This document shows positions 1-8,611 of a DNA stretch of 32,000 bases, piece after piece. Both the position numbers and the translations under genes were made by a program. The notes below the pieces were generated by a model. That model was not told the DNA's origin and searched no databases. It saw nothing but the letters and a program-made list of their open reading frames with translations. Position 1 is the stretch's first letter. Every line of letters begins with the position of its first letter. Where the stretch lies: contig NZ_JBQHCV010000011.1 in the NCBI RefSeq assembly GCF_052068215.1, forward strand, positions 242,003 through 274,002. Direction: 5' to 3'. This DNA comes from Nonomuraea sp. H19 (GTDB lineage: Bacteria > Actinomycetota > Actinomycetes > Streptosporangiales > Streptosporangiaceae).

Positions 1-1
1 C

Positions 2-831
2 ATCATCCCGGTGCTGCGCGGCCGTGCGCTCTCGGTCATCCGGGTACGGCCCGGGCAGGAGCCCTTTGTGCAGAAGAACCTGCCCAAATACGCCCCCGAA
101 TGGATGGAGACCACCTCCCACTGGGCCGAGGCATCGCGTCGGCAGGTGACGTACGCGCGCTGTGCAATGACCGGCGAAGCCTGCTGTGGTTCGCCAACCA
201 GAGGGCGGTCGAGTACCACCCGGCGCTGTTCGTCGGCGACCACCCCACGCACATGGTGCTCGACCTCGACCCGCCCGGGGACGACTTCGAGCTCGCCGTG
301 CGGGGCGCCTTCCTGGTACGCCAGGCGCTGGACGACGCCGGGCTGGCCGGGGCGGTGAAGACCAGCGGGGCGAAGGGCGTGCACGTGTTCGTGCCCGTGG
401 CGGCCGGGACCGCCATGGACGACCTGGCCGCGGCCACCCGTGCGCTGGCCGCGCGCGCCGAGCGGGTGGATCCGGCGATCGCCACCACGGCGTTCATCCG
501 CGAGGACCGGGCGGGCAAGGTGTTCATCGACTCGACCAGGGCGGGCGGGGCCACGGTGGTGGCCGCCTACAGCCCGCGGGTGCGGCCCGGCGCGCCGGTC
601 TCCTTCCCCGTGCCATGGTCCGACCTCGACCGCGTGGCGCCGCGCGACTTCACCGTGCACACGGCGGTCGGGTTGCTCAAGGACGCCGACCCGTGGGCGG
701 AATCCATGCCCGCGCCGCAGCGGCTGCCCGCCGACCTGATCGAGGAGGGGCACACGATCCCGGTCGCGCGGGTGGCGGCGATGCACGAGGGCAAGCGCCG
801 CGCCCGCGCCCGGCGCGGGGAAGTGTCGTGA
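2..831 (+). CDS. ligD: LigD-type NHEJ primase-polymerase domain protein; 5' end outside window; apparent frameshift near 149-165 (possible pseudogene)
   Basis: Frame 1 (100-831) gives LLWFANQRAVEYHP, VKTSGAKGVHVFVP and KVFIDSTRAGGATVVAAYSPR, which are typical LigD polymerase-domain blocks. The preceding block (LRGRALSVIRVRPGQEPFVQKNLPKYAPEWM) is in frame 2 (2-~160). Confidence 0.8.
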   Translation, partial: HPGAARPCALGHPGTARAGALCAEEPAQIRPRMDGDHLPLGRGIASAGDVRALCNDRRSLLWFANQRAVEYHPALFVGDHPTHMVLDLDPPGDDFELAVRGAFLVRQALDDAGLAGAVKTSGAKGVHVFVPVAAGTAMDDLAAATRALAARAERVDPAIATTAFIREDRAGKVFIDSTRAGGATVVAAYSPRVRPGAPVSFPVPWSDLDRVAPRDFTVHTAVGLLKDADPWAESMPAPQRLPADLIEEGHTIPVARVAAMHEGKRRARARRGEVS

Positions 832-939
832 TTTTGCCGCATTAGTGGGTCTTCCCAGGCTCTCTCGCGCGGGTTACCTTCCGTTCGGCGAGGCTCGGGG
901 GAATTGCCCGCCTTCCTGTCTCACAGGGGGAAGTCCCGT

Positions 940-2421
940 ATGCGCAGAACCATCATCGTCCTGATCACCGCACTCTCCTTACCGCTCGCCATGGCCGTCC
1001 CGGCCCACGCCGGCGGCCTGGCCGACCTGTTCGCCAAGCTGCTGGTCAAGCAGGTCAAGGGCACGAACGTCAACAAGCACCTGCAAGCCCTGCAGGCCAT
1101 CGGCACCGTCAACGGCGGCAACCGGGCGGCCGGCACGGCTGGTTACGACGCCTCCCGCGACTACGTGGCGAACAAGCTGCGCAAGGCCGGCTACAAGGTC
1201 ACGCTGAATCCGATCAACTTCGTCGAGGGCTGGACGGAGAACGCGCCGCCCGTACTCGGCTCGTACGTGCCGAACCAGGACTTCTTCACCTTCCAGCCCT
1301 CCCCGGCGGGCGACGTGACCGCGCAGGTCCAGGGCGTGGACCTCACGCTGCCGCCCACCCCGGCGCCGACCTCGACCAGCGGCTGCGAGCAGTCCGACTT
1401 CGCCGGGTTCGTGGCCGGCCGCATCGCGCTCATCCAGCGCGGCACCTGTGCGTTCGCCCTGAAGATCCGCAACGCGGGCCGCGCCGGCGCCTCCGGGATC
1501 ATCGTGTTCAACGAAGGCCAGGAGGGACGCACCGAGGCGTACCCACTGGACATCGGTGAGTGGCGGGCGGGGGTGCCCATGGTCTTCGCCGACTTCGCGG
1601 TCGGCAACGCGCTGGCGAGCACGCCGGGCGCGACGATACGGCTCAAGGTCGACGCCACGCTCGTGCTCGGCACCGATGAGAACGTGATCGCCGAGTCCCG
1701 CTTCGGCGACCCCCGCAACGTCGTGATGGCCGGGGCCCACCTCGACAGCGTGCTCGAAGGGCCCGGCATCAACGACAACGGCTCCGGCACCGCGGCGATC
1801 CTGGAGGTCGCCGAGGAGATGGCGAACTACCCGGTCAAGAACAAGGTCCGCTTCGCCTTCTGGGCCGCCGAGGAGATCGGCCTGCTCGGCTCCGACCAGT
1901 ACGTCGAGTCGCTGTCCGAAGAGCAGCGGGACCGGATCCGGGTCTACCTGAACTTCGACATGGTCGCCTCGCCGAACTACGCGTACAAGCTCTACGACGG
2001 GGACAACTCCGACAACGCCGGAGCCCCGGCCGGTCCGCCCGGTTCGGCGGAGATCGAGAAGCAGTTGGAGGCCTTCTACGGGTCCCGCGACCTGCCTACG
2101 GTCGGGACCGACTTCGACGGCCGTTCCGACTACGGGCCGTTCATCGCGGTCGGGATCCCGGCGGGCGGCGTCTTCACGGGCGCGGAAGGCATCAAGACGG
2201 CCGAGGAGGCGGCGCTGTTCGGAGGGACGGCGGGGGTCGCGTACGACGTCTGCTATCACCAGGCGTGCGACACGATCACCAACGTGAACGCGACGGCGCT
2301 GGACGTGAACTCGGACGCGATCGCCGACTCCGTCGCCCGGTACGCCTTCAGCCTCCGCTCCATCCCACCGCGGGCACCGTCATCGAGGGTCGCTGCTTTG
2401 ACAGCGGAAAGCGTCGGCTGA
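940..2421 (+). CDS. Secreted M28-family aminopeptidase with PA (protease-associated) domain
   Basis: Signal peptide MRRTIIVLITALSLPLAMAVPAHA. PA-like segment GRIALIQRGTCAFALKIRNAGRAGASGIIVFNEG. M28 metal-site blocks [30 protein letters not shown] and FAFWAAEEIGLLGS. GGGGGAAG lies 6 nt before ATG 940; the tracked TTG 904 is probably too early. Confidence 0.9.
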   Translation: MRRTIIVLITALSLPLAMAVPAHAGGLADLFAKLLVKQVKGTNVNKHLQALQAIGTVNGGNRAAGTAGYDASRDYVANKLRKAGYKVTLNPINFVEGWTENAPPVLGSYVPNQDFFTFQPSPAGDVTAQVQGVDLTLPPTPAPTSTSGCEQSDFAGFVAGRIALIQRGTCAFALKIRNAGRAGASGIIVFNEGQEGRTEAYPLDIGEWRAGVPMVFADFAVGNALASTPGATIRLKVDATLVLGTDENVIAESRFGDPRNVVMAGAHLDSVLEGPGINDNGSGTAAILEVAEEMANYPVKNKVRFAFWAAEEIGLLGSDQYVESLSEEQRDRIRVYLNFDMVASPNYAYKLYDGDNSDNAGAPAGPPGSAEIEKQLEAFYGSRDLPTVGTDFDGRSDYGPFIAVGIPAGGVFTGAEGIKTAEEAALFGGTAGVAYDVCYHQACDTITNVNATALDVNSDAIADSVARYAFSLRSIPPRAPSSRVAALTAESVG

Positions 2422-2427
2422 CCCGAC

Positions 2428-2459
2428 CGGCCGGGCAGACCCATGCGCCTGCCCGGCCG
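2428..2459 (+). terminator. Candidate GC-rich hairpin terminator after the first aminopeptidase gene
   Basis: cggccgggcag (2428-2438) pairs perfectly with ctgcccggccg (2449-2459), with a 10-nt loop. It starts 7 nt after the stop codon. There is no U-tract. Confidence 0.4.
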
Positions 2460-2496
2460 ACCTGCCCGGCCGACCTGCCCGGCCGACCTGCCCGGG
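2448..2496. repeat. 13-bp tandem repeat cctgcccggccga, about 3.7 copies
   Basis: Perfect units at 2448-2460, 2461-2473 and 2474-2486, plus a partial unit at 2487-2496. An inverted partial copy lies at 2428-2438. Confidence 0.9.
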
Positions 2497-2546
2497 CGTC
2501 TGATGCGCCCGGCAGGAACGGTCTGCTCGGCCCGGCCCGCGAACGG

Positions 2547-4148
<1,602 letters not shown>

Positions 4149-4166
4149 CTAGGTGCCACTCGGACT

Positions 4167-4778
4167 CTATGAACCCACGGCGAGGCGGCCGGACCGAAGG
4201 GCGGTCACCACCTTCTCCGGACTGTCGGCGAAGAAGCGGATCGAGGTGGCCTCGGCGCGGCGGCCGAGCGGGCGGACGAGCGCGACAGGCTCGGTCAGCT
4301 CGATCGTGATATTGGTCTGCGAGGCGACCGCGACCCTCAGCTGCCCGTCCTTGATCGAGACCATGTGCTCCTCGTTGTAGTTGCGGCCCGTGTGCACGGT
4401 GGCGATCCGATCGCGGGGCACGCGCACGTCGAAGTACGCGCCGTACCTGATGCGCAGCTCATCCTCCGTGATGACGTGCGGCCGGGTCACGCACGCCCCG
4501 GCCAGCGCGACCCCGAACAGCAGCCCGTAGACGTCGGCGATCAGCACCGCGAACCGCAGCCAGGCCGGTACGTCCATCGCCACCAGCAGCAGGTCCACCA
4601 CCACCGTCTCGACCGCCATCGCGAAGAGCATTAGCCACAGCATGAACGCCTGCTCCTTGGCGTACGTGACGACGGTCGCCCCCGCAGGGACGCCGTGCCG
4701 GCGGCGTACAACCCACAGGCCGACGCTGGCCAGGCCCTTCAGCTCGAACCCCACGACCCGTAGCGCGGCTCTGACCAT
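4167..4778 (-). CDS. Membrane protein of unknown function (two or three TM helices plus a soluble C-terminal domain)
   Basis: Hydrophobic helices FMLWLMLFAMAVETVVVDLLLVAM and LRFAVLIADVYGLLFGVALAGA. GAGGAA lies 5 nt before the ATG. Actinobacterial codon bias. No family recognised with confidence. Confidence 0.6.
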   Translation of the reverse strand: MVRAALRVVGFELKGLASVGLWVVRRRHGVPAGATVVTYAKEQAFMLWLMLFAMAVETVVVDLLLVAMDVPAWLRFAVLIADVYGLLFGVALAGACVTRPHVITEDELRIRYGAYFDVRVPRDRIATVHTGRNYNEEHMVSIKDGQLRVAVASQTNITIELTEPVALVRPLGRRAEATSIRFFADSPEKVVTALRSGRLAVGS

Positions 4779-4802
4779 CGGCTTCCTCTCCCTCGGGTGC
4801 GA

Positions 4803-5335
4803 TCACCTCCATGAGACACATTGACGTCGCGTCAAGGTCAACCCGAGACATGCGTTACGAGCCCGGCGGAACCGTGTCAGTGGAGGATGCGGTGCAGGAC
4901 GTGGACCAATCGGCCCCGGCCATCGCCGTGGACCGCTACCGCTGGCCCAGGGTGCACAGGATCGCGTCCATCGGGTCGTTCTCGGGATGGGACCTATCCT
5001 GGCGGCCTGGCTGCGCACGGTCAGATCGGCCAGTTCCAGGGCGACCGGTCGGCGCTCGGCCTCGTACGTGTCGAGCAGCGCGTCGGAGGTCCGGCCCGCG
5101 AGCATGGCGGCGATCTTCCACGCCAGATTGTGCGCGTCTTGAACCGCGGAGTTGGCGCCCAGGGCGGCGGCGGGCGGCCACACACGGGCGGCATCGCCGA
5201 CGAGGAGGACCCGGCCGTCGCGGAATCCGTCGGCGGCGATCACGTAGCGGGCTCTGCACAGCACACGATCGAGGTCACCGGCACGCCCAGATCGGTGAGG
5301 GGGCGGCGGCCGGGCTCACCGGGCGATCCGGTCTA
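4803..5335 (-). pseudogene. Relic of an FAD-dependent aromatic-ring monooxygenase (PheA/TfdB-like)
   Basis: ARYVIAADG is joined directly to GRVLLVGDAARVWPPAAALGANSAVQDAHNLAWKIAAML..LLDTYEAERRPVA. In intact homologues roughly 100 or more residues separate these blocks. The N-terminal FAD-binding part is missing. The downstream sequence continues only in another frame and through a TAG. Confidence 0.7.
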
Positions 5336-5470
5336 GGGGAGCCAAAAGGGGGAGCCAACACCCTCAGAGCAGGGACGACGGCTCTCGACGGCCTGGGGTG
5401 CCCATGCAGGTGCAAGGCTCCGACCACCTCAGGCCTGGTCAGATCCGCTTCCCCTGCCGTTGCGTCAAGG

Positions 5471-5902
5471 TCAAGCGCCGACCTCGTCGGCCAGGCGTGA
5501 CAGGTAGGCCGCGAACTGCCGACGGTCGCGTTCGTCCCAGGAGGCGGTCAGCTCGTCGAAGGCGTGCCGCTGCCACTGCCGGGACCCGGCCAGCAACGCG
5601 TGCCCGCGCTCCGTGAGCCGCAGGGAGGCGCGGCGCCGGTCGCGTTCGGAGGTGGCGCGGGCGAGGTAGCCGGCCTCGACGGCGTCCTTGACCATGCGGC
5701 TGGCGCCCGAGTGGTCGAGCCCGAGCTGGTGCGCCACGGTGCCCACGGTCGGGGCGTCGCCGGTCTGGGTGTGTACGGCCTCCACGACCAGGATGTGCTG
5801 TACATGCCGCGGCTCCCCGGTCAGCTCGTGCGACGCCTGTCCGGCCCATCGGCGCGACCAGAACCGCACCAGCCGGAACAGGGCGGGCCCACCGTCGTTC
5901 AT
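5471..5902 (-). CDS. MarR-family transcriptional regulator
   Basis: Winged-helix block PTVGTVAHQLGLDHSGASRMVKDAVEAGYLARATSERDRRRASLRLTERG. Divergent from a VOC gene, with palindromes in between. Confidence 0.9.
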   Translation of the reverse strand: MNDGGPALFRLVRFWSRRWAGQASHELTGEPRHVQHILVVEAVHTQTGDAPTVGTVAHQLGLDHSGASRMVKDAVEAGYLARATSERDRRRASLRLTERGHALLAGSRQWQRHAFDELTASWDERDRRQFAAYLSRLADEVGA

Positions 5903-5903
5903 G

Positions 5904-5951
5904 ATCGCATTTTACATGCGATGCGCACATATGATTGCATGCGAATCGCAT
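5904..5951. promoter_or_regulatory. Candidate MarR operator sites in the divergent promoter region
   Basis: ATCGCAT-tttac-ATGCGAT (5904-5922) and ATGCGA-a-TCGCAT (5939-5951). The same half-site occurs four times in a locally AT-rich 73-bp intergenic region. Confidence 0.55.
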
Positions 5952-5975
5952 ATATTCGGCTCAAAAGGAGTCCTC

Positions 5976-6353
5976 GTGGCCATCGTCATGAACCATCTGA
6001 TCGTCCCCGCCGCCGACCGGAACGAGGCGGCCGGGTTCTTCGCGGACCTGCTGGGGCTGCGGGTCGGCACGCCGGCGGGACCGTTCGCGCCGGTCCGCGT
6101 CAACGACGACCTCACGCTCGACTTCGACGACCGGCACAACCCCCAGCCCGGCCACTACGCCTTCCTGGTCGACGACGCCACCTTTGACGCGGTCATGGAG
6201 CGCCTCGGCCGCAGCCCGTCCATCGACTACGGCTCCGGGCCCATGAACGGCTGGGACCGGGAGATCAACCGTCTCGGGGGCGGCCGCGGCGTGTACGTAC
6301 GCGACCCGAACGGCCACAGCTACGAGCTCTTCACCGCAGTCCCGCCCATGTGA
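5976..6353 (+). CDS. VOC (glyoxalase/bleomycin-resistance/dioxygenase) family protein
   Basis: MNHLIVPAADRNEAAGFFADLLGL ... GHYAFLVDD ... RGVYVRDPNGHSYELF. AAAGGAG lies 6 nt before GTG 5976; ATG 5988 is an alternative start. Confidence 0.85.
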   Translation: MAIVMNHLIVPAADRNEAAGFFADLLGLRVGTPAGPFAPVRVNDDLTLDFDDRHNPQPGHYAFLVDDATFDAVMERLGRSPSIDYGSGPMNGWDREINRLGGGRGVYVRDPNGHSYELFTAVPPM

Positions 6354-6473
6354 CCGGCCGCCCGAAAATTTCTCGAATTCGATTGAACCCGGCGGCGGCG
6401 AGCGGCGTACAACCTGGCGGAAAACGGCGCTCGCCGATGGCCGGAAGCATGGTTCACCTGGGCGAACATCGGC

Positions 6474-7283
6474 GTGCCCACCCTGCGCGACTCACCCGGC
6501 ACGGGGATGGCGATGGAATTTCAGGGATGGACCGGCGGCCTGGCCTTACAGCCGCGCGATTACCTGGGGAGAGGCCGGCCACTGGCCGACGTCGTCAGGA
6601 CGGCCGGACCGGTCAGGGGAGAGGCGCTCTACCTGCTGACGCTCGGCAGCGCGGCCACCATGGCCAGGCTGCACCTGGGCGGGATCGCGGGACTGCGGCT
6701 CAGCCCGGGCAACGTCATGATCGGGGCGCACGGGCAGGTGTTCTTCGCCCCAGGGCCGCGTGACAGCGAGTTCCCCTCGCGCGACGTGCGTGACTGGGCC
6801 GACGTGATCATGTTCGCGGCGACCGGGCGGCAGGCGGGGGAGGGCGAAGAGCCCGATCTCGACAGGCTGCTGCCCGCGTTGCGCGCGGTGATCGACGAGT
6901 GCCGGCAGCCCGATCCGGAGTGCCGCCCGACGGCCGTCGAGCTGGTGAGCATCCTGCTCGGCCGCTCCGAGCCGCCCCCCCGCGCCACGGTGGAGGAACT
7001 GCTGCGGGAGGCCGAGAACCGGACCAGGCCGTACGAACCCGCGCCCTACGAGGACGTGCTCGTGTCCACGCCGGTCTGGCGCGAACCGGCGTACCTGGCC
7101 GGTGTCGCGATCGGCGTGCTCATCGTCGCGTTCGCGGCGAGCGTCGTCATCGCGATCTCCAGCGGGGCGGTGCAGGCTTCGTCCGCCGACGCCTTCGAGG
7201 GGAGCGCCGTCACCTCGTACGAGATGAAGCCGACGGTTGGGAACGCTCCAGAACCCATCGAGGGAGAGGTCCGGAATGGCTGA
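6474..7283 (+). CDS. Truncated pseudokinase (kinase C-lobe-like, catalytic residues lost) with one TM helix; candidate EssB/YukC-like component
   Basis: LHLGGIAGLRLSPGNVMIGAHGQVFFAPG replaces the HRD...N...DFG region. Other kinase-like blocks are DVRDWADVIMFAATGRQ and PDPECRPTAVELVSIL. TM helix AYLAGVAIGVLIVAFAASVVIAISSGAV. The start is uncertain (GTG 6474, ATG 6507 or ATG 6513). Confidence 0.6.
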   Translation: MPTLRDSPGTGMAMEFQGWTGGLALQPRDYLGRGRPLADVVRTAGPVRGEALYLLTLGSAATMARLHLGGIAGLRLSPGNVMIGAHGQVFFAPGPRDSEFPSRDVRDWADVIMFAATGRQAGEGEEPDLDRLLPALRAVIDECRQPDPECRPTAVELVSILLGRSEPPPRATVEELLREAENRTRPYEPAPYEDVLVSTPVWREPAYLAGVAIGVLIVAFAASVVIAISSGAVQASSADAFEGSAVTSYEMKPTVGNAPEPIEGEVRNG

Positions 7284-7563
7284 GGAATTCACCGCCGACC
7301 GGCAGGAGGCGGCGAGCGTCTCGCGGGACCTCAAGTCCATTCGCGCGGCCCTGGACGGAGGCAAGATCGGCGCGCTCGACGCGCGGACCGGCTCGGCGAA
7401 GGTCGACGACGCGCTGCGGACGTTCTTCGAGGAGTCCTCGGACAACCGCGAGCGGATGAACCAGCTACTCGAGCGGGCGGCCGGGCTGCTCGACGCCCTC
7501 GTCGAGGGCACCGGGCAGCTCGACGGCTCGCTGGCGGACTCGCTGTCGACGAGGAGCGCGTGA
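7276..7563 (+). CDS. Small (95 aa) predicted all-helical protein; possible WXG100-like partner or targeting factor
   Basis: ATG 7276 follows GGAGAGG and overlaps the upstream stop (ATGGCTGA). The sequence has a heptad-like helical character (LKSIRAALDGG ... MNQLLERAAGLLDALVEG) and no WXG motif. Confidence 0.6.
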   Translation: MAEEFTADRQEAASVSRDLKSIRAALDGGKIGALDARTGSAKVDDALRTFFEESSDNRERMNQLLERAAGLLDALVEGTGQLDGSLADSLSTRSA

Positions 7564-7709
7564 TGAAGGCGCTCGGACTCGGCGTCCTCACCGGCATCCT
7601 GCTCGGGACGATCGTGGTGTCGCTGGTGTTCGCGCTGACGGACCGGAACGTGCCGGCGAACGCTCGATCATCCCAGCCCGCGTACATGGAGGAGCTCTCC
7701 GATGGCTGA
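7563..7709 (+). CDS. 48-aa single-pass membrane peptide (not in ORF track); EssA-sized candidate component
   Basis: Hand translation gives MKALGLGVLTGILLGTIVVSLVFALTDRNVPANARSSQPAYMEELSDG. Its ATG overlaps the upstream TGA (GTGATGA), and its stop overlaps the next ATG (ATGGCTGA). Confidence 0.5.
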   Translation: MKALGLGVLTGILLGTIVVSLVFALTDRNVPANARSSQPAYMEELSDG

Positions 7710-8298
7710 TCTTCCCTTCGGGTTCACGGTACGGGTGCCCGAATCCTGGTACGAGTTCGACGTGTGGCGGGCCGGCCACAGCGGTGACCTGGCGCGCCTG
7801 GTGGACGCCCGGGTGGCGGCCAACCCGGAGCTGGCGCCCCACCGGTCGCTGCTGGTGAAGGTGCTGCGCGAGGTCGCCGACCTGGCGGGCCGGCGCGGCG
7901 CGGTTTTCGGCGCGGCGATGACCGACCACGCGGAGGACGTCGGCACCGTCCTCGCCACCCTCATGGTCCTGCACACCGGGGGATCGCCGGACCCGGAAGG
8001 CAACGCCGTCGAGGCCATCGCCTCGGGCATCATCGCGATCCCGCCCAGGCACGACACACCCGCCTGGCGCGACGTCGAGATCGTGGAGATCGACGCGGGC
8101 CGCGCCGTACGAGTCACCGGCGTCGAGTCCGGCGAGATCGAAGCGGTGACCATGCAGACCCTCATTCCCGTACCCGGCGGGCACGGCGTGCTGGACCTGG
8201 TGCTGACCAGCCCGCACCTGAGCCTGACCGAGCCCATGCTCGATCTGTTCGACGCGATCAGCGCCACCCTGGCCTGGTCCGACCCCCAAGGAGAGTGA
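7702..8298 (+). CDS. Hypothetical 198-aa soluble protein; possible secretion adaptor or chaperone
   Basis: Translationally coupled on both sides. Begins FGFTVRVPESWYEFD and ends with a beta-rich segment (VTMQTLIPVPGGHGVLDLVLTSPHLS...LFDAISATLAW). No family assigned with confidence. Confidence 0.65.
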   Translation: MADLPFGFTVRVPESWYEFDVWRAGHSGDLARLVDARVAANPELAPHRSLLVKVLREVADLAGRRGAVFGAAMTDHAEDVGTVLATLMVLHTGGSPDPEGNAVEAIASGIIAIPPRHDTPAWRDVEIVEIDAGRAVRVTGVESGEIEAVTMQTLIPVPGGHGVLDLVLTSPHLSLTEPMLDLFDAISATLAWSDPQGE

Positions 8299-8304
8299 AC
8301 CGTC

Positions 8305-8607
8305 ATGGCAGGTGGGACCCATCACCTCAGCTTCCCCCAGGTGGAGAACAGCGCCACCCGGCTGAACAAGGAGAAGGAGGACATCGAGAGCCGTCTGACC
8401 CAGCTCAAGTCGATGATCGACCAGCTCGTCAGCAGCGACTTCGTCACCGAGCGCGCCTCGGGCAAGTTCCAGCAGGACTACGACCAGTGGAACAACGGCG
8501 CCAGGCAGGTCATGCAGGGCCTGGAGGGCATGAGCCAGTTCCTCAAGACCGCCATCGCCAAGCACCGCGAGCTGGACGCCTCGCTCAGCGGCGGCGCGGG
8601 AGCGTGA
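8305..8607 (+). CDS. WXG100-family (EsxA-like) small secreted protein
   Basis: 100 aa with a helix-turn-helix pattern and a central FQQDYDQWNNGARQVMQGLEGMSQFL block (W-x-x-G variant of WXG). GGAGAG lies 9 nt before the ATG. Sits immediately upstream of the Rhs toxin. Confidence 0.85.
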   Translation: MAGGTHHLSFPQVENSATRLNKEKEDIESRLTQLKSMIDQLVSSDFVTERASGKFQQDYDQWNNGARQVMQGLEGMSQFLKTAIAKHRELDASLSGGAGA

Positions 8608-8611
8608 CGTC

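Noticed and set aside
979-2259. 426-aa ORF antisense to the first M28 aminopeptidase
   Set aside because: The composition is Arg/Gly/Asp/Val-rich with low complexity, and it fully overlaps a gene with clear homology blocks on the other strand. This is a typical high-GC shadow ORF.
2448-2496. Possible CRISPR array
   Set aside because: The units are 13 bp and directly abutting with no spacers. This is a microsatellite-like tandem repeat, not a CRISPR.
4811-5500. 229-aa + strand ORF in the 4.8-5.5 kb gap
   Set aside because: It is Arg/Pro/Gly-rich with no motifs. It is antisense to the recognisable monooxygenase relic and runs into the MarR gene.
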